Below are positions 37,634 to 47,432 of a stretch of DNA of 64,000 nt, piece after piece. Each line of letters opens with the position of its first letter. The first letter of the stretch is position 1. The position numbers and the translations under genes were made by a program. The stretch is taken from assembly GCA_002415345.1 (NCBI GenBank), contig DHXV01000003.1, forward strand, positions 88,213 through 152,212. Direction: 5' to 3'. Below the pieces are notes generated by a model, which worked only from the letters and a program-made list of their open reading frames with translations, ran no database searches and was not told where the DNA came from. The stretch comes from Patescibacteria group bacterium UBA5147 (GTDB taxonomy: Bacteria; Patescibacteriota; Saccharimonadia; UBA4664).

Positions 37634-37875
37634 TTGCTCCTCCGATGGTTGAGATATCAAAAACCGCCCGGTCACAGTTGACTTAGGCGGTGGTGCGGAT
37701 GCGCATAATGATTCCGGTGGGCCCGTATAGGACGTCGCGAATGTTCATTACATACCTCATGGTCATATCTTACAAAAAGCTCATGCTTAATGTCAACGAT
37801 ATTCGTGGACACAGCCAAATCAAAGGTAATAACATATTATTGTCATTTGTCCATATTCTTGCTATACTTGGGTCT

Positions 37876-39012
37876 ATGTCTATTTTCACCCACATTGCGC
37901 TGTTGGGCCGTCAACCGGAGCTCGGTTTAGTCGAGCTTGAATCGATACTAGGTTCGGACGGCGTGGATCCGTTCGGCAGCCAGAGCGCAATCCTAGCGTC
38001 CAAGCCGAACCTGGATATTTTGGGGGGCGTCCAAAAACTGGGCCGGATTATTTATCACGGACCGACCGCCGACCTTATCGAGGTGCTGGATATCACACTT
38101 TTGCCGGTTTATGACAAAAAGACGCCCATCGCAGTGAGCTATTATGGTCTTCATGCCACGACCAGGTTTGTTTTGAGCACCGGCCTGGAGCTGAAGAACC
38201 GCCTGCGTCATGAGGGCAGGTCCATTCGGTTGATAACTCCAACCAAGGGTACGGATGTGACCGTCGCCCAACTCAAGTTTAACCGGGTGCTCGAGGACGG
38301 CTTTGAACTGATGGTCGCAATCAATAAGCAGGAAATGGTTATTGCCTTAACCGAGCAGATCCAGGATATCGATTGGTACTCCCGCCGCGATTACGATCGG
38401 CCGGCCCGCAGCGCCAAAGTGGGCATGCTGCCACCGAAATTGGCGCAGATCTTGGTCAATTCGACATCGGCCGGCTTGGTTGTCGATCCGTTCTGTGGCA
38501 CCGGGGTCATTCCGCAGGAGGCCCTGCTGTCCGGCCGTAACACCCTCGGTTCGGATCTGTCGCCTGAAATGATTGCGGCCAGTACCCAGAACCTCGCCTG
38601 GTTGGAAGTACAACGGCCGGATGTCGCCGGAAACTGGCAAATTGACGGACCGGCTGATGCTCGCGAGCTGAAACTACCGGCGGGGTGCGCGGTCGTTAGC
38701 GAAGGTTACCTAGGACCCAACATGATCCATGAGCCGACCGGTCCGCAACTCGCCATCATTAAGGCCGAGTTGCGCGAGCTCTATCTGGGCGCCTTATCCA
38801 GTTGGGCCCCGCAACTACCCGACGGGGCTGAAGTCTCGCTGTGTGTTCCGGCATGGCGGCAAGGAAAACGCTGGAGCTATCTGGATATTCTTGACGCGCT
38901 ACCTGGTTTGAGCTACACTATGAAAGTTTTTAAGCACGCTCACGAGCCGCTTTTATACGCCCGAGACGATCAAATTGTCGGACGGCAGCTACTACTGATA
39001 AGAAAGATTTAA
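37876..39012 (+). CDS. THUMP-like domain class I SAM-dependent RNA (guanine-N2-type, UPF0020/Trm11/RlmL-like) methyltransferase
   Basis: Motif I VVDPFCGTGVIPQEA. N-terminal THUMP-like region. Motif IV appears degenerate (SEGY instead of D/NPPY). Start uncertain: the ORF opens at 37690, and ATG 37876 was chosen without a clear SD. Confidence 0.55.
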   Translation: MSIFTHIALLGRQPELGLVELESILGSDGVDPFGSQSAILASKPNLDILGGVQKLGRIIYHGPTADLIEVLDITLLPVYDKKTPIAVSYYGLHATTRFVLSTGLELKNRLRHEGRSIRLITPTKGTDVTVAQLKFNRVLEDGFELMVAINKQEMVIALTEQIQDIDWYSRRDYDRPARSAKVGMLPPKLAQILVNSTSAGLVVDPFCGTGVIPQEALLSGRNTLGSDLSPEMIAASTQNLAWLEVQRPDVAGNWQIDGPADARELKLPAGCAVVSEGYLGPNMIHEPTGPQLAIIKAELRELYLGALSSWAPQLPDGAEVSLCVPAWRQGKRWSYLDILDALPGLSYTMKVFKHAHEPLLYARDDQIVGRQLLLIRKI

Positions 39013-39015
39013 GCT

Positions 39016-39297
39016 ATGGCACATACAAAAGCCGGTGGTTCGTCAAAGAACCTCCATGATTCACCCGGTCAGCGACTTGGCGTAAAGCGTTTCGGCGGTC
39101 AGGTCGTCCGTGCAGGCGGCATTCTGGTTCGCCAGCGTGGTACCCGCATGGAAGCGGGCCCAGGCGTCGGTGTCGGCATCGACCAGACCCTGTTTGCTCT
39201 CCGCGACGGCGTCGTCGCCTTCTCAACCCGCCAGATTATCAAGTTCACCGGTTCCAAGGTGCGACGTACCATCGTATCAATCGTCCCTCAAGACTAA
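39016..39297 (+). CDS. rpmA: 50S ribosomal protein L27
   Basis: [62 protein letters not shown] is the canonical L27 sequence pattern. Confidence 0.95.
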   Translation: MAHTKAGGSSKNLHDSPGQRLGVKRFGGQVVRAGGILVRQRGTRMEAGPGVGVGIDQTLFALRDGVVAFSTRQIIKFTGSKVRRTIVSIVPQD

Positions 39298-39309
39298 ACC
39301 GGTCACACT

Positions 39310-39339
39310 AAAAAACGCCCTTTGTCGGGGCGTTTTTTA
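39310..39339. terminator. bidirectional rho-independent terminator (AAAAAACGCCC-tttgtc-GGGGCGTTTTTT)
   Basis: Hairpin flanked by A-tract and T-tract between convergent rpmA (+) and response regulator (-). Confidence 0.85.
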
Positions 39340-39357
39340 GTTGGTGGGTAAAATCCT

Positions 39358-39759
39358 CTAAGCGGTCTCGATTTCCTTGATGCCTAGGTGGAAACGGATG
39401 CGTTTCATGACGTCGGAAATGACCGCCTGAGACTTTACCAGGAATTCATCGGCACCAAGATCTTTGGCCCGTGCCTGGTCCGAAGGCTGGCTGAGAGCGG
39501 TTAGAATGATTATTTTAGTATGGGCGGTTGCCGGTGTATTACGCAGGATATCCAAAACGTCAAAACCGGAAATTTTTGGCATCATTAGGTCAAGCAGAAT
39601 AAGGTCCGGATGGAAATCCAGCGCTGTTTGCATAGCTTCTTCTCCGTCGGGGCAATGAAGAACATGGAAATTTTCGGCTTCCATGCGGACCTTATATGCG
39701 TTTGCTAGAGCCAAATCATCCTCTACTAGCAGGATGCGGGCCAACGGTTTATTGTTCAT
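39358..39759 (-). CDS. single-domain response regulator (CheY-like receiver only), second copy
   Basis: ILLVEDD, LILLDLMMP, conserved receiver layout. 133 aa with no output domain. Its start overlaps the pyrG stop. Confidence 0.85.
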   Translation of the reverse strand: MNNKPLARILLVEDDLALANAYKVRMEAENFHVLHCPDGEEAMQTALDFHPDLILLDLMMPKISGFDVLDILRNTPATAHTKIIILTALSQPSDQARAKDLGADEFLVKSQAVISDVMKRIRFHLGIKEIETA

Positions 39760-41402
39760 ATGCTTACTATACTCCTTTTGACTTGTTCACGGTACGCACG
39801 GTGCTTGGAGGCGGCGGCCATAAAGGCGTCGAAGAGCGGATGAGGAGTCTGGGGTCGGGATTTGAATTCGGGGTGGAACTGGCTGGCGACAAAGAAAGCG
39901 TGATCCGCGATTTCGATGACCTCAACTAAATTGCCGTCAGGCGAGAGGCCGGCCAGTACTAAGCCTGCGGCTTCCAGCTCGGCCCGGTAGGCGTTATTGA
40001 ACTCCCAACGATGGCGATGGCGTTCGGTGATTTTGGTCGTTCCGTATGCTGTGGCGCTAATACTGCCGGGTTTGAGAATGCAGGGATAATCTCCCAGCCG
40101 CATGGTACCGCCTTTGGCTTCGATGTCGCGCTGACTTTCCATGATGTCGATGACAGGATGCGTAGTATCAGGATCCACCTCGGTGGTGTTGGCATTCTCA
40201 AGTCCTATCTGGCGGGCTTTGGCGATAACAGCAATCTGCATGCCTAGGCACAGCCCCAAATAAGGAATGCCCCGTTCCATCGCGTAGGTGGCGGCAACGA
40301 TCTTGCCCTCGACCCCCCGGCTGCCGAAACCTCCGGGTACGACGAGTCCGTCGTAGCCTTCGAGCATTGCTTCGGCGCCTTCACCTTCTAATTTGACTGC
40401 GTCAATCCAGCAGATTTCCGGTCTAACCCGGTTCGCCCAGCCAGCCGACTTGATGGCTTCGAAGACGCTCATGTAGGTGTCCTCGTTTTCCATGTATTTT
40501 GCGACGACTCCGATCTTGAGGCTCCGGTGATCGGGATGTTTGATGAGATTGACGAGCTTCTGCCATGTTTCCATTTTGGGATTACGTATTTCAAGGCCTA
40601 GTTGCGAGGTGACGTAATCCGGAAGTCCGGCCGCCTCCAGGATTAGCGGCACCTCATATACGCTTTTGACTGTGGGTAGCGCAACGATGCCGCGTTCATC
40701 CACGTCGCAGAACAGGCCGAGCTTATTCATGATAGCCTGACTTAACGGACGTTCGGCTCGTGCTATCACCGCGTCGGGTTGAATTCCGGCTTCGCGTAAG
40801 TCGCGGACGGTGTTCTGCGCCGGCTTGGTCTTGATTTCGTGGGATGCTTCAAGGTAAGGCAGGTACACCAAATGCATGTAAAAGGTATGGGCCGCACCAA
40901 TTCTGCGCCGCAGCTGCCTGATTGATTCAAGGGATGCCAGAATTTCATAGTCACCCACCGTTCCGCCGATTTCGACGATATGAAAATCAAAGCCGACGCC
41001 GGCAGCGATAATTTGGCTGCATATCTCGTTCGTGACATGAGGAATAATCTGGACGGTCTTCCCCAGATATTTGCCGGCCCGTTCGTCGGCAATGACCTTG
41101 GCGTAGACACGGCCGCTCATCAGCGAACTTTCACGGGTTAGCTCCGCATCCAAAAAACGCTCGTAATGCCCCAGATCCAGGTCGGTTTCAGCGCCGTCGT
41201 GGGTCACGAAGACTTCGCCGTGCTCGGCGGGGTTAAGGGTACCCGCATCAGTGTTTAAATATTGATCGACTTTTTGAATATTAACGCTAAAACCGCGGGC
41301 CTTGAGGGTTGTTCCCAGCGACGCCGCGGTGATGCCTTTACCGAGTCCCGAAAGGACCCCTCCGGTCACGAATATATACTTGGTTTGGCTCTCCCCTGCC
41401 AT
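39756..41402 (-). CDS. pyrG: CTP synthase
   Basis: N-terminal synthetase domain (KYIFVTGGVLSGLGKGI) and C-terminal glutamine amidotransferase with the GxCLGMQ catalytic Cys motif. Confidence 0.95.
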   Translation of the reverse strand: MAGESQTKYIFVTGGVLSGLGKGITAASLGTTLKARGFSVNIQKVDQYLNTDAGTLNPAEHGEVFVTHDGAETDLDLGHYERFLDAELTRESSLMSGRVYAKVIADERAGKYLGKTVQIIPHVTNEICSQIIAAGVGFDFHIVEIGGTVGDYEILASLESIRQLRRRIGAAHTFYMHLVYLPYLEASHEIKTKPAQNTVRDLREAGIQPDAVIARAERPLSQAIMNKLGLFCDVDERGIVALPTVKSVYEVPLILEAAGLPDYVTSQLGLEIRNPKMETWQKLVNLIKHPDHRSLKIGVVAKYMENEDTYMSVFEAIKSAGWANRVRPEICWIDAVKLEGEGAEAMLEGYDGLVVPGGFGSRGVEGKIVAATYAMERGIPYLGLCLGMQIAVIAKARQIGLENANTTEVDPDTTHPVIDIMESQRDIEAKGGTMRLGDYPCILKPGSISATAYGTTKITERHRHRWEFNNAYRAELEAAGLVLAGLSPDGNLVEVIEIADHAFFVASQFHPEFKSRPQTPHPLFDAFMAAASKHRAYREQVKRSIVSI

Positions 41403-41492
41403 GTAAACTCCTCACGATTAACCGTAACAACAATTGGTTTTAACTATACGCTGGTGTCGGGCCGCGGGCAATATGAAAGTAGATGAAGATAC

Positions 41493-41933
41493 TTAGCGAC
41501 GTGTAACGTATACGTTCACATCGGTTGATGTGGCGCTGTGGTCGCGGTTGGCGGCCACTACCTGGATGGTGTACGCCGGGTTCTGGAAATTGACCGGGTT
41601 GGCCCCTGGGCCGCTCGTTTCAGTGTAGCCTAGCGGCAAATAAAGGTTGCGGGCGGCTTGAAGTGATTCCGGCACGCCGGAATCGACGATTAAAGCCACG
41701 GCCCATTTCGGGGCGGTACCGGTCGAGGCCCGCACCGTGCCGGCGGGGAGCGGAAAGTTGCTCGGGAAGTCGGCCGGCAGGTTAGTAATAATTTTCCCTC
41801 CCCCACCCTTAATGGCAGTCGTAGCTTGAGGAGTCACACTGGGCACAGCAACAGGAGCCAATGCTACACTCGAGGCGACCAGGCCGGCGACCAACAGCGC
41901 TACTAAGATTAGGGCTAGGTAAACGAATTTCAT
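41493..41933 (-). CDS. hypothetical secreted protein
   Basis: Signal peptide (MKFVYLALILVALLVAGLVASSVALA) plus a 120-aa domain with no recognisable motif. Confidence 0.45.
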   Translation of the reverse strand: MKFVYLALILVALLVAGLVASSVALAPVAVPSVTPQATTAIKGGGGKIITNLPADFPSNFPLPAGTVRASTGTAPKWAVALIVDSGVPESLQAARNLYLPLGYTETSGPGANPVNFQNPAYTIQVVAANRDHSATSTDVNVYVTRR

Positions 41934-41996
41934 ATTTCGGATATTAGCAGATTTTGGCGACTTTTTGCCAGTCGACCCCAGGGGTAACTTAACGGG

Positions 41997-43166
41997 CTAC
42001 TTTAAGAGTTCCAGTGCCTTATCCAACTGAGGGTCGCGTGAGGCGTTATAGTCCTCGTTAGAGAGCTTCACCTCGACGTCCGGCTTGATGCCCTCTTTGT
42101 TGATATTGACGCCCTTAGGGGTGTACCAGTGAGCTACAGTGACCTTGAGCTGAGCACCATCGGTTAATCCTTTGATTTCCTGAACGCTGCCCTTACCAAA
42201 ACTCTTTTCGCCGACGAGCTTGGCTACACCATTGTCATGTAAGGCCCCGGCTACGATTTCACTGGCGCTGGCCGAGCCGCCGTTGATCAGGACTATCAAT
42301 GGGAGGCCGACTAATTGTCCAGCGCCTCGTGAGGTTAAGGTGTCCACCGTCTTGCCATCGGTGCGTTCGCTGACCACGGTCTTGCCATCCGGAAGGAATT
42401 GGCTGGCAACTGACACGCCCGCATCAAGGTACCCACCACCGTCGTTACGCAGATCCAGGATAGCTTTAGTTGCGCCCTGAGTCTTGAGCTCGCCAGCCGC
42501 CCTTTGGATAAGCTCAGTCGTATCGGTTCCAAATGTACTCACCTGGATATAACCGACACCGCCGTCTTTCATGCTCCATTTAACGCTCGGCACGTTGATA
42601 TCGGCGCGTGTAATGGTGATATCGGTAGTTTCGGTGCCGCCCACGTGCAGAATGGTCAGTTTAACGGTGGTGCCGGCCTTGCCGCGGATCTTGCTGACGG
42701 CTTTGTCCACTGTCATACCGGTGGTGTCTTCGCTGTTGATTTTCCCGATCAGATCCAGTGCGCGGATTCCAGCTTTCTCCGCCGGAGCCCCACTGATGGG
42801 CGCGATCACGGTGAGGATATTGTTCTTAATCCCGATTTCCGCACCGATGCCGCTCAATTTGCCGCTCAGGTCATCACTCAGAGCTTTGCTCTCGTCGGCG
42901 TTCATATAAACGGTATAAGGGTCGCCGCCGGCCGCTACCAGCCCCTTCTTGGCGCCTTCCAAGGCTGCTTTGACGTCGATTGTCCCATCGAAATTGCGCT
43001 GCATCATGGCATATAGATCGTTCAGGCTCGAGGCATCAATCTTGTCGGGTTGCTTAGCGAAGGGATTGAGGCTTTGGCCATGGAGCCTATCTCCCGCCCC
43101 AAAGCTGACAACGGCGATGATTACGGCAAATAATACGGCGTTACGGTTAGACAGAGGTGGGCGCAA
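41997..43166 (-). CDS. ctpA: S41 family C-terminal processing peptidase with PDZ domain
   Basis: Signal or anchor region, PDZ region, catalytic Ser/Lys region (GGSASASEIVAGAL ... K). Tsp/CtpA-like length. Confidence 0.8.
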   Translation of the reverse strand: MRPPLSNRNAVLFAVIIAVVSFGAGDRLHGQSLNPFAKQPDKIDASSLNDLYAMMQRNFDGTIDVKAALEGAKKGLVAAGGDPYTVYMNADESKALSDDLSGKLSGIGAEIGIKNNILTVIAPISGAPAEKAGIRALDLIGKINSEDTTGMTVDKAVSKIRGKAGTTVKLTILHVGGTETTDITITRADINVPSVKWSMKDGGVGYIQVSTFGTDTTELIQRAAGELKTQGATKAILDLRNDGGGYLDAGVSVASQFLPDGKTVVSERTDGKTVDTLTSRGAGQLVGLPLIVLINGGSASASEIVAGALHDNGVAKLVGEKSFGKGSVQEIKGLTDGAQLKVTVAHWYTPKGVNINKEGIKPDVEVKLSNEDYNASRDPQLDKALELLK

Positions 43167-43390
43167 AAGTCAGTTCCTTGTAATTGGTGTTGTTTATAGT
43201 CTACCGCATTTTTAAGTTGGTAGGCTGAGAACCGCTAAATTAATATAACCGGGCCGTAGAAAACTTGCCCGGTTATATATCGTATGATCAATCTTAGAAG
43301 CGGAGGAGTTAGATTCGTAAGCCCCGTACATTCCTCATGTTTAAATTTCCGTCAGTTCCAGATCGGAATGAGCCCAGAGTGGACGTTGTT

Positions 43391-44272
43391 TTAGCGGAAG
43401 TGAATGAAGGTCAGTGAAGATGTTGACCAGTCATCTATCGAGAAGTGACCAGTGCCATCACCGTTGAAGCTAGAGACTCGAACAGTTCCACCGTGTACTT
43501 CCTCGACGATCATGGCGTGCCCGTATTGGCCTCCCATGTATATTCCAACGTCACCAACCTGAGGAGTACTGCTTCGTGGAATACCGGCTGCATCGGCATT
43601 GGCAGGCCATTGTTTGGCATTACCGCGGCCGCCCCAATATGGGACGTTTCGGCCCCGACTAGAGGCTGCCCAGGCAGCGTAGCTGACGCACTCTCGATTG
43701 TACATTCCCCAGTCATCCGTAAGGCTGTCTTGTGCAGCATTACACCATACGGCGGGATAGCCTCCGCAACCAGATCCACCGCCAACATGCCTAGAGGCTG
43801 CGGCGATTGCTGCATACTGCTGTGCCTTTAATATGGCAATTCGCGAATTGCTGGTTGCGACTTGAGCATTTGCTGCGGAGGCACTATTGGCGGCCGTAGC
43901 AAGGAGCTGGTTGGCTTCTGCCCTGGCGGCAGCTAATTCTTGTTTCTGGCCAGTCTGGAGAGCCAATAGGGCCTCAACTTGGGTCTTCTGGACGGCCAGC
44001 TTCTTCTGGGTGGCAAGAATATCGGCCATTGCCGATTGAATCTTACCCTTGATGCTGTCTTGATATTGTTGCTGATTAAAATAGTCGCTAAGATTATTGC
44101 TCGAAGCAATCATCTCGAGCGGAGTGACAGATGAACCTAAGTACATACTCTTCAGATTGGCACCTAAAACAGTTTTTTTATTGGCTAGATCCGCCTCATT
44201 AGACGCGATTTGAGCGGTAACCTGATCGAACTGAGCTTGATTAAGGTTGATTTGAGCCTGCAATGCCCCCAT
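43391..44272 (-). CDS. PcsB-like secreted coiled-coil plus CHAP-domain peptidoglycan hydrolase. The true N-terminus probably extends upstream (see finding).
   Basis: C-terminal CHAP domain with catalytic Cys (NRECVSYAAW) and His (GHAMIVEEV). N-terminal Gln/Ala-rich coiled coil. The in-frame sequence upstream of ATG 44272 encodes ...RTASIVAVLFVFSGTALA (signal peptide) back to a stop at 44516-44518, with no ATG, GTG or TTG in between. Immediately downstream of ftsE-ftsX. Confidence 0.75.
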   Translation of the reverse strand: MGALQAQINLNQAQFDQVTAQIASNEADLANKKTVLGANLKSMYLGSSVTPLEMIASSNNLSDYFNQQQYQDSIKGKIQSAMADILATQKKLAVQKTQVEALLALQTGQKQELAAARAEANQLLATAANSASAANAQVATSNSRIAILKAQQYAAIAAASRHVGGGSGCGGYPAVWCNAAQDSLTDDWGMYNRECVSYAAWAASSRGRNVPYWGGRGNAKQWPANADAAGIPRSSTPQVGDVGIYMGGQYGHAMIVEEVHGGTVRVSSFNGDGTGHFSIDDWSTSSLTFIHFR

Positions 44273-44597
44273 CTGGGCATTGAGCTGATTTATCCTACTC
44301 TGATAATCATTTACTTGGGCGGCAAATTGTGCTGCCGTGGCTTGTTGTCCGGCCGCCTGCTGCTTTAGTACGTTTATCTGATCATCAAACGAATCGGCCA
44401 GGGCCGTTCCGCTAAATACAAAAAGTACCGCTACGATACTCGCCGTTCGGGCGAGGGAGGTGCGGATGTGGTTGTGAGGTGAATTACGAATAGGTCTTGG
44501 CCCTCCAAGGTGGCCTTATCATAAGGAATTTGGAGGGGTGTTGTCAAACTGGTTGTGCTAATTGCTTGGCACTGCCAAAATGCTTGTTTTACCTGAG

Positions 44598-45512
44598 CTA
44601 AAGCTTAAGATATCGGCTCATGGCCAGCAGGCTGGAGAACATGCCTATTAGAACACCTATTAACATTTCGGCTCCGATAATCAGCAAGGGGTAATTGCGG
44701 AAGAAGTCGATGGTTGATTTGACGTCAACGTAGGTTCCCAGTTTTGGCCCGCCGCCGAGCAGGAGCACATATGAGAGCGATACGGCGATGAAGGCTCCGA
44801 TGATGCCGTACAAGGCGGCTTCAACGATGAACGGTCCGCGAATGAACCATTTGGTGGCCCCAACCAGCTTCATGATCTCGATTTCGTCACGGCGCGTAAA
44901 GATGGCCATGCGGATGGTGTTGAAGATAATCAATGTCGAGATAACGACGAAGATGGCGCTGGCAACCAGTCCGGTCGACTTGAAGAAGTTCGAAAAACTG
45001 ACGATCTTATCAATGGTGGTCTTACGACTCCCGGTGTAGCTTGGAGGCGCCGACGGGTCGAGGAGCGCTTTATTCTCTGGTTGTTCCACTACTGCCGTAA
45101 TATCATCGAGTTTTTTGGGATCTTTGGCTTTGATTTGGAGCGACGACGGCAGGGCGTTGCCGGCGATGTCGAGTGCAGCCAGCAGTTGCTTGTTGGTCTT
45201 GTTCTGCTCACGGTATTGCGCAATGGCTTGCGCTTCAGACAAGTAAGTTACCCCGGCGACGTTGGGGCTGTCCTTGAGGCTCTTCGTGAAGCTGTCGACC
45301 TGCTCCTGGGTCACGCCGCTTTTCAGGTAGACAGAGACGTCAATCTTATCGGTCACACCCTTGATCGTCGAAGTCAACGCCAGGTTGGAGATAAACGAAA
45401 TCGCCACGATTGACAGTGTCACCGTCATGACGGCCGTGGCGGCTGTCGAAAGCCAGGCGTTTCGCATGAAGTTGCGGCCGCCGGATTGGATAATACGCCA
45501 GAAGGTAATCAT
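44598..45512 (-). CDS. ftsX: cell division ABC transporter permease-like protein FtsX
   Basis: TM1, large extracellular loop, three C-terminal TMs. Overlaps the ftsE stop. Confidence 0.85.
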   Translation of the reverse strand: MITFWRIIQSGGRNFMRNAWLSTAATAVMTVTLSIVAISFISNLALTSTIKGVTDKIDVSVYLKSGVTQEQVDSFTKSLKDSPNVAGVTYLSEAQAIAQYREQNKTNKQLLAALDIAGNALPSSLQIKAKDPKKLDDITAVVEQPENKALLDPSAPPSYTGSRKTTIDKIVSFSNFFKSTGLVASAIFVVISTLIIFNTIRMAIFTRRDEIEIMKLVGATKWFIRGPFIVEAALYGIIGAFIAVSLSYVLLLGGGPKLGTYVDVKSTIDFFRNYPLLIIGAEMLIGVLIGMFSSLLAMSRYLKL

Positions 45513-46198
45513 AAGGCGTACCGGCCTTGCTCTTCGTCCTTGACGATGCGCCCGCGGTTGATGGTGATGACGCGGCGCTTTAGGGCGTTGACGATTTCCT
45601 TGTTGTGGGTGGTAAGCAGCACGGTGGTTCCGAATCGGTTGATCTTAAGCAGCAGTTCAATGATTTCCCAGGCGTTCTTGGGGTCCAGGTTGCCGGTGGG
45701 CTCGTCGGCGATGAGGATTTTGGGCTGACGGATTAGGGCACGGGCAATGGCGACTCTCTGGCGTTCACCGCCGGACAGCTCGTGCGGAAAGGAGTTTTGT
45801 TTGTTGGATAGTCCCACCAGTTGGAGCATCTTTGGCACGGCCCGCTTGATTTCGCGGCTGCGGGCACCGGAGACTTCCAGGGCGAAGGCCACGTTCTCCC
45901 CTACCCGGCGGTTGGGCAGCAGTTTGAAGTCCTGGAATACCACCCCGATGCGGCGGCGCACCAGCGGCACGTCCTTGGAGGTGATGGTGTCGTAATCCAG
46001 GCCGCCGACGATGATCTTACCCGAGGTGTGGACTTCCTCGCGGGTCATAAGCTTAATAAGCGTCGATTTTCCGGCGCCGCTGGCTCCCACTATCGTCACG
46101 AACTCTTTCGGTTCGATATGAAGGTTCAGTCCGCTGAGGGCGATGGACTGATTCGGGTAAACTTTGGATACGCGATCAAAGAGAATCATTGCAAACAT
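45509..46198 (-). CDS. ftsE: cell division ABC transporter ATP-binding protein FtsE
   Basis: Walker A GASGAGKST. ABC signature LSGGERQRVAIARAL. Walker B ILIADEPTGNLD. Confidence 0.9.
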   Translation of the reverse strand: MFAMILFDRVSKVYPNQSIALSGLNLHIEPKEFVTIVGASGAGKSTLIKLMTREEVHTSGKIIVGGLDYDTITSKDVPLVRRRIGVVFQDFKLLPNRRVGENVAFALEVSGARSREIKRAVPKMLQLVGLSNKQNSFPHELSGGERQRVAIARALIRQPKILIADEPTGNLDPKNAWEIIELLLKINRFGTTVLLTTHNKEIVNALKRRVITINRGRIVKDEEQGRYAL

Positions 46199-46243
46199 TC
46201 TAGCATATTAAAGAGCTTACGGTTATGTGAAGCGGAAAATGGG

Positions 46244-47374
46244 TTAGCCGTTGTTTGAGGAGGAAATCTGGCTCGACAGGTAGGCGTCAATAAATGGTCC
46301 GATCTCGCCGTTCAGGACGGCCGCCGCGTCGCCGGTCTCGTGCCCGGTGCGGGTGTCTTTGACCTTGGTATACGGGTGCAGAACGTAATTGCGTATCTGT
46401 TGGCCCCATTCGGCTGCCCGTTCTCCGGCCCGCAGTTCGCCTAATTCGGCTTTTTGCTCGGCTTCCATCAGCGCCAGCAGACGCGATGTCAAAATGGCCA
46501 TGGCCTTCTCCTTGTTCTGGAGCTGGGAGCGCTCGTTCTGGATGGCCACCACGGTGCCGGTGGGAATGTGCGTGATCCGCACGGCCGAGTCGGTGGTGTT
46601 GACGGACTGTCCACCGTGGCCGCCGGCGCGATAAACGTCGATGCGCAGATCCTTGGGGTCAATTTGGATTGTGGTCTGGTTGTCGATCTGGGGCAGGATT
46701 TCGACGAGCGCGAACGACGTTTGCCGCAGGTTGTCGGAGTTGAAGGGCGACAATCGCACTAGGCGATGGACGCCGGCCTCGCCTTTGAGCTTGCCGTAGG
46801 CGTAAGGTCCGTTCACCTCGATGGTGGCACTTTTGAGGCCGGCCTCCTCGCCCTGGCTTGAGCTGAGGATTTCGGTGGAGTAGCCGCCCTTTTCGGCGTA
46901 GCGCAAATACATGCGCTCGAGCATCTCGGTCCAGTCCTGGGCGTCGGTGCCGCCCGTGCCGGCGTGCAGTTCAATGATGGCCGACGACCGGTCGTGAGGT
47001 CCGCTCAGTTTGAGCTCGAACTCGCGGGCGGCGTAATCGGCGCGGGCAGTCTCGTAGGTGCTTTCCAAGTCTGCCCGCAGGCTTTCGGCCTCGTCGTTAT
47101 CGGCGAGTTCCAACAGCTCCAATGCTCCGGTAACATCGGCTTGAAGGGAGCGCCAGCTTTCGACGTGTTTATTGAGCGCTGCCAGCTGTTGCGAAATGTG
47201 AGCGGCGGAATCGGGATCATTCCAAAAATCAGGTTGCTGGGTTTGAGTCGTCAGATTGATAATTGTCGCTTCATCGGCCGCGATATCCAGTCGCCGGATC
47301 GCATCATCGATGTTGGCGCGTAGGTCTTGCAAGCGTTTGGTGAGGTCTTCCATAAGGGTATTATACTGGTTCAT
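46244..47374 (-). CDS. prfB: peptide chain release factor 2 (contiguous ORF, no programmed frameshift)
   Basis: SPF tripeptide (RLSPFNS) and GGQ (AGGHGGQSVNTTDSAVRITHIPTG). 376 aa in one frame. Confidence 0.9.
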   Translation of the reverse strand: MNQYNTLMEDLTKRLQDLRANIDDAIRRLDIAADEATIINLTTQTQQPDFWNDPDSAAHISQQLAALNKHVESWRSLQADVTGALELLELADNDEAESLRADLESTYETARADYAAREFELKLSGPHDRSSAIIELHAGTGGTDAQDWTEMLERMYLRYAEKGGYSTEILSSSQGEEAGLKSATIEVNGPYAYGKLKGEAGVHRLVRLSPFNSDNLRQTSFALVEILPQIDNQTTIQIDPKDLRIDVYRAGGHGGQSVNTTDSAVRITHIPTGTVVAIQNERSQLQNKEKAMAILTSRLLALMEAEQKAELGELRAGERAAEWGQQIRNYVLHPYTKVKDTRTGHETGDAAAVLNGEIGPFIDAYLSSQISSSNNG

Positions 47375-47432
47375 GGCTAAAATTCCTCACCAGTTGCGGT
47401 AAAAGATTGGTTTAGGTGGGATATTCCGGCTA

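Noticed and set aside
46244-47374. Expected programmed +1 frameshift site in prfB
   Set aside because: The RF2 ORF is continuous (376 aa with SPF and GGQ). No in-frame early stop or internal SD-CUU-UGA context was seen, so no recoding site is called.
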